Source: Candidatus Multivoradales bacterium (GTDB taxonomy: Bacteria; Acidobacteriota; Thermoanaerobaculia; Multivoradales; J023). From it: a stretch of DNA of 64,000 bases. The stretch is taken from the NCBI GenBank assembly GCA_965248925.1, contig CBDFLE010000005.1:1792001-1856000 (forward strand). Reading direction: 5' to 3'. The notes under the pieces are model-generated. The model was not told where the DNA came from. It did not search any database and saw only the letters and a program-made list of their open reading frames with translations. The position numbers and the translations under genes are program-made. Shown piece after piece: positions 50,301 to 59,124 of this stretch (the stretch's first letter is position 1; each line of letters begins with the position of its first letter).

Positions 50301-52268
50301 CCCTACACCGCGGCGCTGACCTCCATCGATTCCGCGTTGTTCGACGATTGGGAGACCCGGTCTGACGAGAACCTCGGCCTCTTCGAGTGGCCTCCGACCG
50401 GCGAGCGACTGACGCGGGAGAGCTTCGGGCGCTACCGCGAGCAGGGCGGCGTGGTGATCATCCACGCCCGCGATGAAGCCCGGCAGGAAGCCGCGGTGCA
50501 AAGGTGCCTGGCGCACCCACTGCCGATGGTTGCCAGCGATGGGGCATGGGATGACGGTAAGACGCACCCTCGCTCGGCCGGCACCAACAGCCGCATCCTC
50601 GGCCGTTATGTTCGCGAGAAGGGCGTCCTCACCTTGATGGAGGCGCTCCGCAAGATGAGCCTCGCACCCGCGCAGCACCTCGAACGGCGCGTACCGGCGA
50701 TGCACAACAAGGGCCGTATCCGCATGGGTGCTGACGCAGACCTGGTCATCTTTGACCCAGCCACCGTGATCGATCGGGCCACGTACCGCGAGCCGACGGT
50801 GCCGCCGGCGGGCATCGAGGCGGTGCTCGTAGGCGGTGTGCCGGTGGTGCGAAGTGGTGTCATTCAGGATGGCGTATTTCCTGGCCGTCCCATCCGTGGC
50901 CCGATGATTCCCGTCCCCGGTCGAGAGGTCAGCGCATCGCGGCGGCGAGGCTCGTTCGAGCAGGCTGACGAGGTCGTCCGCGCTCACCTGGCCGATCGGC
51001 GCATCCCGGGCGCCTCGATCGCCATCATCACCGCGGATGGCGGCGTCGAGACCGCGGCCTTCGGTACCGCGGTGATTCAGCACAACGTTGCGGCGAAGGT
51101 CGATACGGTTTACGAGATCGCTTCGCTGACCAAACAGTTCACCGCCACCGCCGTGCTCATGCTCTGCGACGAGGGCAAGCTCGATCTCGACGATCCGATC
51201 GATCGCTACATCGAGGCGGCGCCCGAAGCGTGGCGTGGGATCACTGTCCGGCACCTCCTGACCCACACCGCCGGGATCGCCCCGCAGGAGGTCGAGTTCG
51301 CTTCCTTGAAAGGAGACTGGCGACGCTATTCGTCGCGGGAGCTGATGCTGGCTTCGGCGATTGCCGACCCGGTCGTGAGCCCGCCCGGCGAGCGGTTTCA
51401 GTACTCCAGCGAGGACTACTTCCTCGCCGCGCTCGCCGTCGAGAAGGCGTCGGGAGTGAGCTTCCGTGAGTTCATGCGGCAGCGCATCTTCGAGCCCCTC
51501 GGTATGGCCCAGACCCTGATGCAAGACGAGCTGCGAATTATTCCCAACGAAGCTCAGGGCTATTCGCTCAAGCACGGCGAGCTGGTCAACATCTGGCGCG
51601 ACGCGGTCGAGGAGACCGCCGGTGGCTGGGGGATGTTCTCGAACATCCCCGACCTGGTCCGCTGGGATCGAGCGCTGCGCGACCAAGAGCTCCTCTCCCC
51701 GGAGTCCTACGCGGCGATGTTCTCGCCGACGACACTGAAGGACGGCTCCCGATTTCGTTACGGCCTGGGCTGGTGGCTCCCCGAGCGAAATGGGATCCCC
51801 TACCAGTACCACAGCGGAATCACGGGCACCGAACTCCTGCGAATTCCCTCCCGCGGCCTGACGGTGATCGTGCTGACCAACCTCGGTCGGTCGGGGGCGG
51901 TGGGTTCCGACGAAGCCAACCCCTGGGGGCTGGCGGACGCCATCGCCTCGGCTCTCGTGCCCGAGTTTGCCCTGGAGACAAAAAACCTGCCGTTGTCGCC
52001 GAAGGCAGTGAGTGCCTACACCGGCCGCTGGCGTTTCGTCTATGGTGAGGCGACTCTGTTCGAGCGCGAGGGGAGGTTGTGGATCGAGGACAGCCAGGGC
52101 GCCGACCCGATGCTCTACCAGGGCGACGACACGTTTGGTTTCGATGGCGACTCCGAGCGCCTGGTCTTCCATCGCTCGGCGGACGGCGCGGTGACCGGCG
52201 CGCAGTGGATCGGCGAGGTCGACGAAGAGGCTCCGGGAGTGCGGGTCGTCCCGGAAGGCCTCGACTAG
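47310..52268 (+). CDS. Triple fusion: prolyl oligopeptidase (S9A) + D-aminoacylase-like amidohydrolase + beta-lactamase-family serine hydrolase
   Basis: DRYRWLED, NIRGGAEYGEEW, GSSNGG, DDLVHP; VVAPGFID, YPYTA, SDG, HPRSAGT, KGRI..GADADLVIFDP; ASLTKQF, HLLTHTAG, YSS, HSG; start placed at GTG 47310. Confidence 0.88.
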   Translation: MTTATVIPLAWSHRRASFAATAFLFLIGGCTPLVAPQPADRAELREPCQFAAVTDDYHGELVTDRYRWLEDLTEPCVSSWIEQRNVESERFLESAQDFRTWASELVAEFARIQSGSTRVEGGFLLSEEGGSGDNLPVYLFARPGMEPGTLIDPEALGIDPASTIRHIQPSPDGEHVAFGLSPAGQRLMSIRVAHVATQRLLPDRIEGVKYSGASWANNSREFVYSKYTSPGTLDGDTLDRGPLVAVHRLGTEAAGDTILLKGHATAPDLFLGAELSDDGQLLLVWDWSGKEQGEDLLVADLVDAETPRWRAPLRAALGRRAGHHRYIGGSGQEVYLQTSLDAAKQRIVRLRADRPDPWETVVAEDSRPLQHSAFTDGHLVLSYRKDVITEIDLYDVERQTTRQLELPSPGSAFVFQRGPRPNSVSFLFDSFTRPPTGYEVQPRSGRLRPLAAPLSELEGVVTNQHFAKSKDGTSIPFFLVSNSTALGAASPTLLVGYGASRGTLEPEFDAEWVTWLKMGGKLVLANIRGGAEYGEEWYAAATLANKQNSFDDFIAIAERLIEDGETNRNQLVAYGSSNGGLLMAAVMVQRPDLFAAILADVGIYDALRFPLFTAGPRWVREMGDARIPEEYPWVRAWSPIHNLVADTCYPATFLTTAQDDDLVHPSQSYKFAAALSDVQGCPKPILLRAYPSGGHSSREAHGLLSERAADRLTFAAIESGLAAPAALLVQSFDLLIEGGRVMDPDSGLDAIRHIGITDGVIQAISETPLVGKTEIDATGRVVAPGFIDLNTYQHSDSFFRLRVADGVTSVLHLEGGAVDVSAYYDALEGRALIHHGISVSHGGLRLVAQGDTSLEILNGMTDMPGINETRASPELDDRPLTPAELDTLAALVEQGLREGAVAVGFGIAYTPGTTHSEILRMVELAARYDASAHLHLRDWDATREWGELYEVFAAAIHTGGDLHVNHLQSHMGSFTEPALTFIDRARSFGLPITTECYPYTAALTSIDSALFDDWETRSDENLGLFEWPPTGERLTRESFGRYREQGGVVIIHARDEARQEAAVQRCLAHPLPMVASDGAWDDGKTHPRSAGTNSRILGRYVREKGVLTLMEALRKMSLAPAQHLERRVPAMHNKGRIRMGADADLVIFDPATVIDRATYREPTVPPAGIEAVLVGGVPVVRSGVIQDGVFPGRPIRGPMIPVPGREVSASRRRGSFEQADEVVRAHLADRRIPGASIAIITADGGVETAAFGTAVIQHNVAAKVDTVYEIASLTKQFTATAVLMLCDEGKLDLDDPIDRYIEAAPEAWRGITVRHLLTHTAGIAPQEVEFASLKGDWRRYSSRELMLASAIADPVVSPPGERFQYSSEDYFLAALAVEKASGVSFREFMRQRIFEPLGMAQTLMQDELRIIPNEAQGYSLKHGELVNIWRDAVEETAGGWGMFSNIPDLVRWDRALRDQELLSPESYAAMFSPTTLKDGSRFRYGLGWWLPERNGIPYQYHSGITGTELLRIPSRGLTVIVLTNLGRSGAVGSDEANPWGLADAIASALVPEFALETKNLPLSPKAVSAYTGRWRFVYGEATLFEREGRLWIEDSQGADPMLYQGDDTFGFDGDSERLVFHRSADGAVTGAQWIGEVDEEAPGVRVVPEGLD
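52201..52257 (+). repeat. 57-bp direct repeat, copy 1 (3' end of triple-fusion gene)
   Basis: Matches 55812..55868 with 3 mismatches. Confidence 0.9.
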
Positions 52269-52359
52269 GGTCCATCCTCTCCATCGGCCTGCGCTCCTGT
52301 TCCGCCGATCGAGCCGTGAGTGGTCGCCTCTCAAGGCCGGCCAGACTACACTCATTGGC

Positions 52360-55300
52360 ATGAACAGAGACCGCTGGATCATTGCGCTAGTCGCACTCGT
52401 CACGATCGCATCGATGGCGGTCTGCCTGGAGTCCGCCGAGGGGAGCCGTGAGGGGGTGGTCATCTCGGCCCCAGGGCGAGAGGGGGTGCTCCCGAAGGGG
52501 GGTCTGTTCACTTCCTGGGGGCTCGAGGACGAAACGGGCTTGCAACTGGAAAGTGGCTCGCTGTCCAACCCGATCGATCTCAATCTCGCCTGGATCACCG
52601 CGGCGCCGCGCGGCAGGTTCATTCTCCACGGTACCGACGAGAACCATGAAACCAGCTATGAAGTTCCTGTAGCTGGGATTGGTGCCGAAACCCGGCCGTG
52701 GCTGCCCTTGGCCGAGGCAGGTGCCTACGAAGATGCTTGGAGAAAGAGGGAGGCCGAGCCCGATACTGCCTCAGCGTCGCTGTTGAGTCTGGCTAGAGGT
52801 CTGGCTCGGCGCGGCAGGCTCGGCGCGGCGAGTTCGGTGGCTCTCCAAGCCCTAAAACTCGCGCAGGACGCCGGGCTGGCGAACGAAGCGTACCGCGCGA
52901 CAAGAGGGTGGCTCACCGAGCCGGCTCAGCTGGCCTTGGCTGCCAGGACACGTGGGAGCTGGGAGAGTCACGAGCAACGATGGGCCGAAGCGACACTCTA
53001 TTTCGCGGAGGCGCTGGCGATCGACCAAGGCAACAGTTCTTCAGAGCTTCTCATCGCGCTTGACTACATGGAGCTTGGGCGAATCGCGGACAGCGCCGGT
53101 CGGGCTCTAGAGGCGTTGGACTTCTACCAGAAGACTGTCGCAATTCGGCAGCGAGTGGCTCCGGCATCCATGGCGCTCTGGATCGCCCTGTTCAATCGGC
53201 ACATTCCCGAGTCCGTACTCGGTCAGCTCGATCAGTCCGTCGACACGCTAAAGACGGCTCAGGCACTGATCGAAGAGCTGGCACCCGAGTCGTTGAGAGC
53301 CGGACTCACGATGGCCGGACTGGGCCGCCTGGCCTGGCAACGCGCCGATCTTCGGCAAGCCGAACTCCTCTATGGCAGGGCGATAAGGGTCGTCGAGCCG
53401 CTCGCCCCGGGGTCTCTCAGACTTGCGAGCCTATGGAACAACATGGGACTCGTCGCCTACAACCGGGGAAACCTAGTACACGCAGAGCGCCTTTTCTCTG
53501 ATGCTCTCGATGTCCAACAGCGGCTCGGCTCGGGCACGCCCTCGGTGGCGAACACATTGAACAACCTGGGCATGATCTCCAACGAGCGCGGCCGGTACCA
53601 AGATGCGGATGCTTTCTATGGGCGAGCTCTAGAAATCTACGAGGCAATTCAACCCGAGAGCCTGGCGGTAGCCCGAACGCTCAACAACCGCGCCAACAAC
53701 GCGCGACGAGCAGGCCGGCTCGAGTCCTCCGAAAGGGACGTCAAACGATCTCGAGCGATCACTGCCCTGGTCGCGCCCGAATCACGAACTCACTCGACGG
53801 GACTCGAGGTGCTGACCTTGCTCTACGAGGTGCGTGGAGACTACGAGCAAGCTCGAGAACTCCTGGAGGGAGCGATCGCGGACTTCGACAAGGCGGCGCC
53901 CGACACCCTGCGTGTGGCGCGGCCTCTAAACACTCTGGGCCGGATACTACGCAAACTTGATCAGGGTGAGACCGCCAAGAAGAAACAACAAGAGGCGCTA
54001 GGCATCGTTCAGAAGGTTGCTCCAGGGAGCGTCCTGGAGGCGCGGATTCTCAACGAGCTCGGCCTGGTTGAGCGCCGTGGCGGCGATGCGCGCGCAGGAG
54101 CCCGGTTTCTGTGCCGGGCCGTTCGTTCGCTGGATGAACAGAAGCTGCGACTGGGTGGGAACCGAAAAGCCGGAAACCCATTCGATCGTGAAACGGCCCA
54201 CATCTACAGGGACTGCATCGAAGCACTGCTCCAGTTGGGGCGGACCTCTGAGGCGTACGAGATCCTGGAGATGTCCCGGGCCCGCGAGCTACTGATTCTG
54301 CTGGCTGATAGGGATCTCGGACTCGACGATGATCTTCCGGAGGAGCTCCGCGATTGGCGCCGGAAGCTCCACCGTGAATACGACAAGGTGTTCGCCGAAC
54401 TGCTTACCAGCGAAGCGCTGGAATCGTCGCCTGAGCGGGCTCTCATCGAGACCCGTTTGGCAGAGCTGCGTCAGCAGCAGGAGCAGTTGGATCGCCAGCT
54501 GCGAGACGCCAACCCGCGTCTCGCGGCACTCGAGTCACCGCGAAGTCTCAGCTCCCAGCAGGCACTGCGGGCGATCGATGCCGGCACCTTGCTGCTCTCC
54601 TACTCGCTCGGGGAGGAGAGTACGCACGTCTTCGCCATCGGTACGGGGGTCCCGTCAGGCCTCGAGGCTCACCAGATCCCAATGGGAGCCAAACAGATTG
54701 AAGAGTTGGTGGGTACCTTCCGTAGGCAGATCGTCGAGCGCGCACCGGGTGCTAGGTCGTCGGCTCGGGCACTCTGGGATCTCCTGATCGCGCCTCTCGA
54801 GCCGAGGCTCAGGAGCCATGATCGAGTCCTCTTCTCTCTTGAGGGCGGCCTTCACGGCCTTCCCTTCGCGGCGCTGCTCTCCCCGGAGAAGCAGTACCTG
54901 ATCGAGCATCTTCCGATCCACTTCGTATCCTCCGCTACCGTCTACGCAGAACTGCGCCAAAGGAGTAGCGGGAAAAAAGGGCGGCTCCTGGTCTTCGCGG
55001 ATCCGGAGGTTCCCGAGGGTCTTGGAGTGGGGCTCCGGATGGCTACCGAGGCCGGCGAAGACCCTACGGCATCGGGTCTGCCTGCCCTTCCAGGCTCACG
55101 CCGGGAAGCGAGTGTCATAGCCAAATCGTTTCCGGGACCGGCGGAGGTCTTCTTGGGCGCCGAGGCTTCGGAGGGGCGATTCAAGTTGCTGGCAACTGGG
55201 GCCTCGCATCTTCATCTCGCGACCCATGGCTACCTGGATACGATGTTTCCGTTGGATTCAGGCCTTGTATTCGCTGCGTCGCAGGGCACTGAGGCCAAGG

Positions 55301-55713
55301 AGAACGGGCTCCTTCAGGCATGGGAGATCTTCGAGCAGCTCGAGCTGGATGCAGACTTAGTCACTCTGTCATCGTGTGAAACAGCCCTGGGCCAGGATCT
55401 TCCAGGAGAAGGCCTAATCGGCCTCACCAGGGCCTTTCAGTACGCCGGCGCGAGGTCGATTGTCGCCTCTCTCTGGAAGGTGGAGGACGACAAGACAGCA
55501 CGCTTCATGGAGCGTTTCTACCAGGAGCTGGGACGTGGACTGCCAAAGGACGAAGCACTTCGACTGGCCACTCTGGCGCTCCTCCAGGGTACGTCGGGAG
55601 TCGACCAGGGCAGCCCGCCGGCGCGCGGAGTCGGCGGCTTGGGTCCCTCTCTCCCAGCACAGGAACCCTCTTTCGCCTGGGCGGCCTTTCAACTGATCGG
55701 CGATCGTCGGTAG
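52360..55713 (+). CDS. Exported TPR-CHAT (caspase-like) protease
   Basis: N-terminal hydrophobic signal, TPRs (LNNLG repeats), LHGLPFAAL, HLATHG (His), LSSCETALG (Cys), WAAFQLIG. Confidence 0.93.
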   Translation: MNRDRWIIALVALVTIASMAVCLESAEGSREGVVISAPGREGVLPKGGLFTSWGLEDETGLQLESGSLSNPIDLNLAWITAAPRGRFILHGTDENHETSYEVPVAGIGAETRPWLPLAEAGAYEDAWRKREAEPDTASASLLSLARGLARRGRLGAASSVALQALKLAQDAGLANEAYRATRGWLTEPAQLALAARTRGSWESHEQRWAEATLYFAEALAIDQGNSSSELLIALDYMELGRIADSAGRALEALDFYQKTVAIRQRVAPASMALWIALFNRHIPESVLGQLDQSVDTLKTAQALIEELAPESLRAGLTMAGLGRLAWQRADLRQAELLYGRAIRVVEPLAPGSLRLASLWNNMGLVAYNRGNLVHAERLFSDALDVQQRLGSGTPSVANTLNNLGMISNERGRYQDADAFYGRALEIYEAIQPESLAVARTLNNRANNARRAGRLESSERDVKRSRAITALVAPESRTHSTGLEVLTLLYEVRGDYEQARELLEGAIADFDKAAPDTLRVARPLNTLGRILRKLDQGETAKKKQQEALGIVQKVAPGSVLEARILNELGLVERRGGDARAGARFLCRAVRSLDEQKLRLGGNRKAGNPFDRETAHIYRDCIEALLQLGRTSEAYEILEMSRARELLILLADRDLGLDDDLPEELRDWRRKLHREYDKVFAELLTSEALESSPERALIETRLAELRQQQEQLDRQLRDANPRLAALESPRSLSSQQALRAIDAGTLLLSYSLGEESTHVFAIGTGVPSGLEAHQIPMGAKQIEELVGTFRRQIVERAPGARSSARALWDLLIAPLEPRLRSHDRVLFSLEGGLHGLPFAALLSPEKQYLIEHLPIHFVSSATVYAELRQRSSGKKGRLLVFADPEVPEGLGVGLRMATEAGEDPTASGLPALPGSRREASVIAKSFPGPAEVFLGAEASEGRFKLLATGASHLHLATHGYLDTMFPLDSGLVFAASQGTEAKENGLLQAWEIFEQLELDADLVTLSSCETALGQDLPGEGLIGLTRAFQYAGARSIVASLWKVEDDKTARFMERFYQELGRGLPKDEALRLATLALLQGTSGVDQGSPPARGVGGLGPSLPAQEPSFAWAAFQLIGDRR

Positions 55714-55811
55714 TTTCCGGCGGCTTGTTGATTGCCACCAAGGGACTCCGCAGCCGCAGCTCGCCTCCGGTCCCCCCATTTGGCGGCTCCGCGCCTGCAC
55801 AACGACAGGTA

Positions 55812-55868
55812 CGCAGTGGATCGGCGAGGTCGACGAGGAGGCTCCGGGAGCACGGGTCGTCCCGGAAG
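55812..55868 (+). repeat. 57-bp direct repeat, copy 2 (downstream of CHAT gene)
   Basis: CGCAGTGGATCGGCGAGGTCGACGAGGAGGCTCCGGGAGCACGGGTCGTCCCGGAAG. Confidence 0.9.
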
Positions 55869-56208
55869 AGCCCTAGCCGGTACTCCCTCCCCGCCGGCAA
55901 CGCCTGATGCCCGTGCGCTCGCGCGATGTTGCGCGTTTATACAAGAGCAGGCGGGCAGCGGGTAGTTCCGGCCGCCCCCTCCTGCCGTGCATCTTGGATA
56001 TTTAGGGGTAAGGGTCCGCGAAGAGATAAGTTCCGAATACTGGAAGTTATTCTTTCGCGGGCTCTTAGAGCCATGGAAAGACCGGCCGGGCCTGAGATTG
56101 CGTTCCCAGATCGGCTCACACACTCGACCCACGGTCCTCCGCAGACTCTCCTCCTCGTGGGATTCCTCTTCTTGCCGACGGCTGCCCAGGGAATCGAAGT
56201 CAGGGACG

Positions 56209-58929
56209 CTACGGCGAAGTCGTCGACCACATCGTGGTGCCGCCGCTCTCGAAGCCATCTTCAAAGAGCGATGGCTCCCAAGCCCAGAGCTCGTGGCCGG
56301 CACCGTCGGTCCCGACTGCGCTGAAGAAGACGCGGCTTCCCGAGGCCACGGGCTCGACTTCTTGCCCAGCCGGGCCCGGTAGGATTTCACCGAGGGGCTT
56401 TGTCCCGGCGACGGTGCCGTCGGAACTCCAGAGCTCGAAGCCGCGGTCGGCGCGAAAAGCGGAGAAAACGAAGACGTCTCCCAAGGTGGCGCCGGTGCTC
56501 GAGGAGCTCATCGACGGAGCGGCTCCTGGGACGAGATCGATCAGGGTGGTCGTGATGCCGTCGGTGAACCAGAGCTCGCTACCCGAATCCTCGTGCTCAT
56601 CGACGTAGAACCATCCACCGCCCGTCGCACCAATCACCCGCGGGATATTGGCGGCAGAGAAGCCGCCGTCGAGGCCACGCTGGGTGAGCTGCGATGTGCC
56701 CGCCGCCGTGCCATCGGTCACGAAGAATTCGCGGAAGCCCGTGTGACCGCTCACGAATAGAGCTCTGTTTTCCGAGCCAACGATGACCTCTGGAAATGAC
56801 GGTGAGATGCTGGGGAGAACCTGTACCGTGCCTCCAGAGGTACCATCGCTGGCCCAGAGCTCGCTCGAAGTCAGGAATACGACCAGGGGTAGCGTTGCAC
56901 CCTCTCCATGGACCAGAGTCGCTCCTGCCCTGAGAGTACCCGGAGTCGTGATCGCCATAGTACCGGTAAGGGTACCGTCGGTTCTCCAGAGGTGGCCGCC
57001 GGAAGTGTCGAAAGCGGTGAAGAAGGCGGCGTTTCCGGCCGAAATCACCGGGGCAAAAGGGACGCCGACGATCAGCTCTTCCGCCGCTCCCGAGGTCGGA
57101 TCGAGTGCCCACATCACCCGGTCGCCGCTGGCATTGAGGGCCAGCGTCAGCACGAGATCATCGGCTGGGTACAGGCCTTCGGGATTGGAATCACCAGCAC
57201 CGAGCAGATTGATCTGTTGCACGGCGCCACCGTCCCAACGGTAGGGTTCTCGCGGAGCATCCGAGCTCGAGGCGATCATCAGCGTTCGACCCGAGTGCAC
57301 AAGAAACTCGTCTGCATTCAGCGATTCCGTACCGACGACGACATCTTCGATCAGGCGGGTCCCCTGGCTATCGAGTACCCAAGGTTCGTTTCCGATGTCG
57401 GGTCGCCGGGCGCTGAAGCGCAGACCACCTTGGCCATCTGCCTCGAGAGACGTCGGCAGAGAAGAGGCATCCTCGACCTCCGAGTTCAGCCACAGCCACG
57501 ATGCCGGCGCAAAGAGCGCCGCAAGCTGCTGACTGACACCTGCCGCCTCATAGAATCCGATCTGAACCAGCAAATCCGTGCCCAGCGAAATGAGTGGAAG
57601 CGGATCGCTCAACGTCTGTTGGCCGAAGTTGAAATCAACGAAGAGATCGGTTTCAGCCTCCGTCCTGCGCCAGAGCGCGTCGCCTGATAGGGCGGTCGAT
57701 GCGGCAAAGAAGAGTGCGCCGTCGTGCAGAGTGAGATGGCGTGGATCCGAGCCATCCAACCCCGGATTGATGTCTTTCACCACTGCCGTTCCGTTCGTCT
57801 CGTCATAGCACCAAAGCTCTTCGCCGGTATCGAGCTCAGTAGCCGTGAAACAGACGCCGTCGCCAAAAGCGACGATCTCGGTGACCGGCTCGAGACTGTC
57901 AGCGGCTCCAAGTTGAATGTCGGTAAGGCGCACGTTGGATCCGTCGGCTGAGGAGTAGCGCCACAGCTCGCAGCCGTGGGAAGAGGTCTGGGCGGTGTAA
58001 TAGAGCCTCTGACCATCGACCGCGAAGGGTTCTGACCCTGAATCGGCGTTGCACCTCTCGATACTAAAGATCGTCTCCACTTCGGCAATCGTGTCCCAGC
58101 TCACCAATTGATTGCCGAGGCCGCCGAAAGTGGCGGAAAGGAGGAGCAAGCTCGAATTGATGAAAGTGAGGTTTCTTGGCCGGTAGTCGATCTCTGAGGG
58201 AAGGAATCCGGGCACTAGCTCCGTGCCTGCAGCGGTACCGTCACTTCGCCAGAGTGTATCGCCAGTCGTAGGGGTAACAGCGGAGAAATAGATGCCGCCA
58301 CCCGGGGCAGCGACCTTTCCTCGAGGAGAGCTACTGCCTCCGCCGGGAACAATTTCGAGCACAGCGACCTGAGTTCCGTCCCATACGGCGAGCTCCGAAC
58401 CTTGAGAACTAGAATGGGCGGTAAAGAAGAGTACCGTGCCATCGAAGACGAAGTCCGAGAGAATCAACAAGCTGTTTCCCGACGCCAAGTCGGTCAACCG
58501 CCGGGTACCTTCGGGCGTACCGTCCGTTACCCAAACCTCAGTTCCATCTGCAAACGTAGTGGCGCTGAAGAAGACCTTGGCGCCCGTCCGAGTAAGGTTC
58601 CTTGGGTTGCTCCCAACGGGGCCCGGCTCGACGTCTACGAACAAGGCCGTTCCGTTCACGCTGCCGTCGCTGATCCACAGCTCGCAGCCATGATCAGTGT
58701 CTTCGCCGGCGAAAATGTAGATTCCTGCGAGCTCGACACCTACGCCACTCGAACACAGGAATTCGTCCTGGGGAGAGGGGGTCGTATTGAGATCGGCAAC
58801 ACGAAACGGGTTGCCGAGTACCCTGCCCAGCGGAAAGGCGAGAAGCACGGCGGCGATGAGCAAGGCTCGGGTCGACAGGGCTGTGATGGTCGACTTCTCG
58901 AGTGAATGCCGGTTGGGGATGAGTTTCAT
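56209..58929 (-). CDS. Secreted ELWxxDGT-repeat beta-propeller protein with C-terminal DGFES motif
   Basis: ELWISDGS, EVWVTDGT, LWRSDGT, LWRTDGT, ELWASDGT, ELWSSDGT; ends LFEDGFESGGTTMWS. Confidence 0.92.
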   Translation of the reverse strand: MKLIPNRHSLEKSTITALSTRALLIAAVLLAFPLGRVLGNPFRVADLNTTPSPQDEFLCSSGVGVELAGIYIFAGEDTDHGCELWISDGSVNGTALFVDVEPGPVGSNPRNLTRTGAKVFFSATTFADGTEVWVTDGTPEGTRRLTDLASGNSLLILSDFVFDGTVLFFTAHSSSQGSELAVWDGTQVAVLEIVPGGGSSSPRGKVAAPGGGIYFSAVTPTTGDTLWRSDGTAAGTELVPGFLPSEIDYRPRNLTFINSSLLLLSATFGGLGNQLVSWDTIAEVETIFSIERCNADSGSEPFAVDGQRLYYTAQTSSHGCELWRYSSADGSNVRLTDIQLGAADSLEPVTEIVAFGDGVCFTATELDTGEELWCYDETNGTAVVKDINPGLDGSDPRHLTLHDGALFFAASTALSGDALWRRTEAETDLFVDFNFGQQTLSDPLPLISLGTDLLVQIGFYEAAGVSQQLAALFAPASWLWLNSEVEDASSLPTSLEADGQGGLRFSARRPDIGNEPWVLDSQGTRLIEDVVVGTESLNADEFLVHSGRTLMIASSSDAPREPYRWDGGAVQQINLLGAGDSNPEGLYPADDLVLTLALNASGDRVMWALDPTSGAAEELIVGVPFAPVISAGNAAFFTAFDTSGGHLWRTDGTLTGTMAITTPGTLRAGATLVHGEGATLPLVVFLTSSELWASDGTSGGTVQVLPSISPSFPEVIVGSENRALFVSGHTGFREFFVTDGTAAGTSQLTQRGLDGGFSAANIPRVIGATGGGWFYVDEHEDSGSELWFTDGITTTLIDLVPGAAPSMSSSSTGATLGDVFVFSAFRADRGFELWSSDGTVAGTKPLGEILPGPAGQEVEPVASGSRVFFSAVGTDGAGHELWAWEPSLFEDGFESGGTTMWSTTSP

Positions 58930-59124
58930 ATTCAAGCACCTACTCTCTTCTCATGTCCTACTCGGTAGTCGAGGGTCGATAGCTGCTCGAGTGCCCTCAT
59001 CCATCAACGCACCGTTGGGCGTCGGAAAGGGTCATCTGTGCTGCGCCTCTTCATGGACCCACCGTGCTGGGCATGGGATCATGGGAGCGGATCGAGGAGA
59101 AGCCGCCTCGGGAATCGAGTTCGC

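Noticed and set aside
49995-52622. 875-aa minus-strand ORF
   Set aside because: Antisense shadow of the well-supported triple-fusion gene in GC-rich DNA; no motifs
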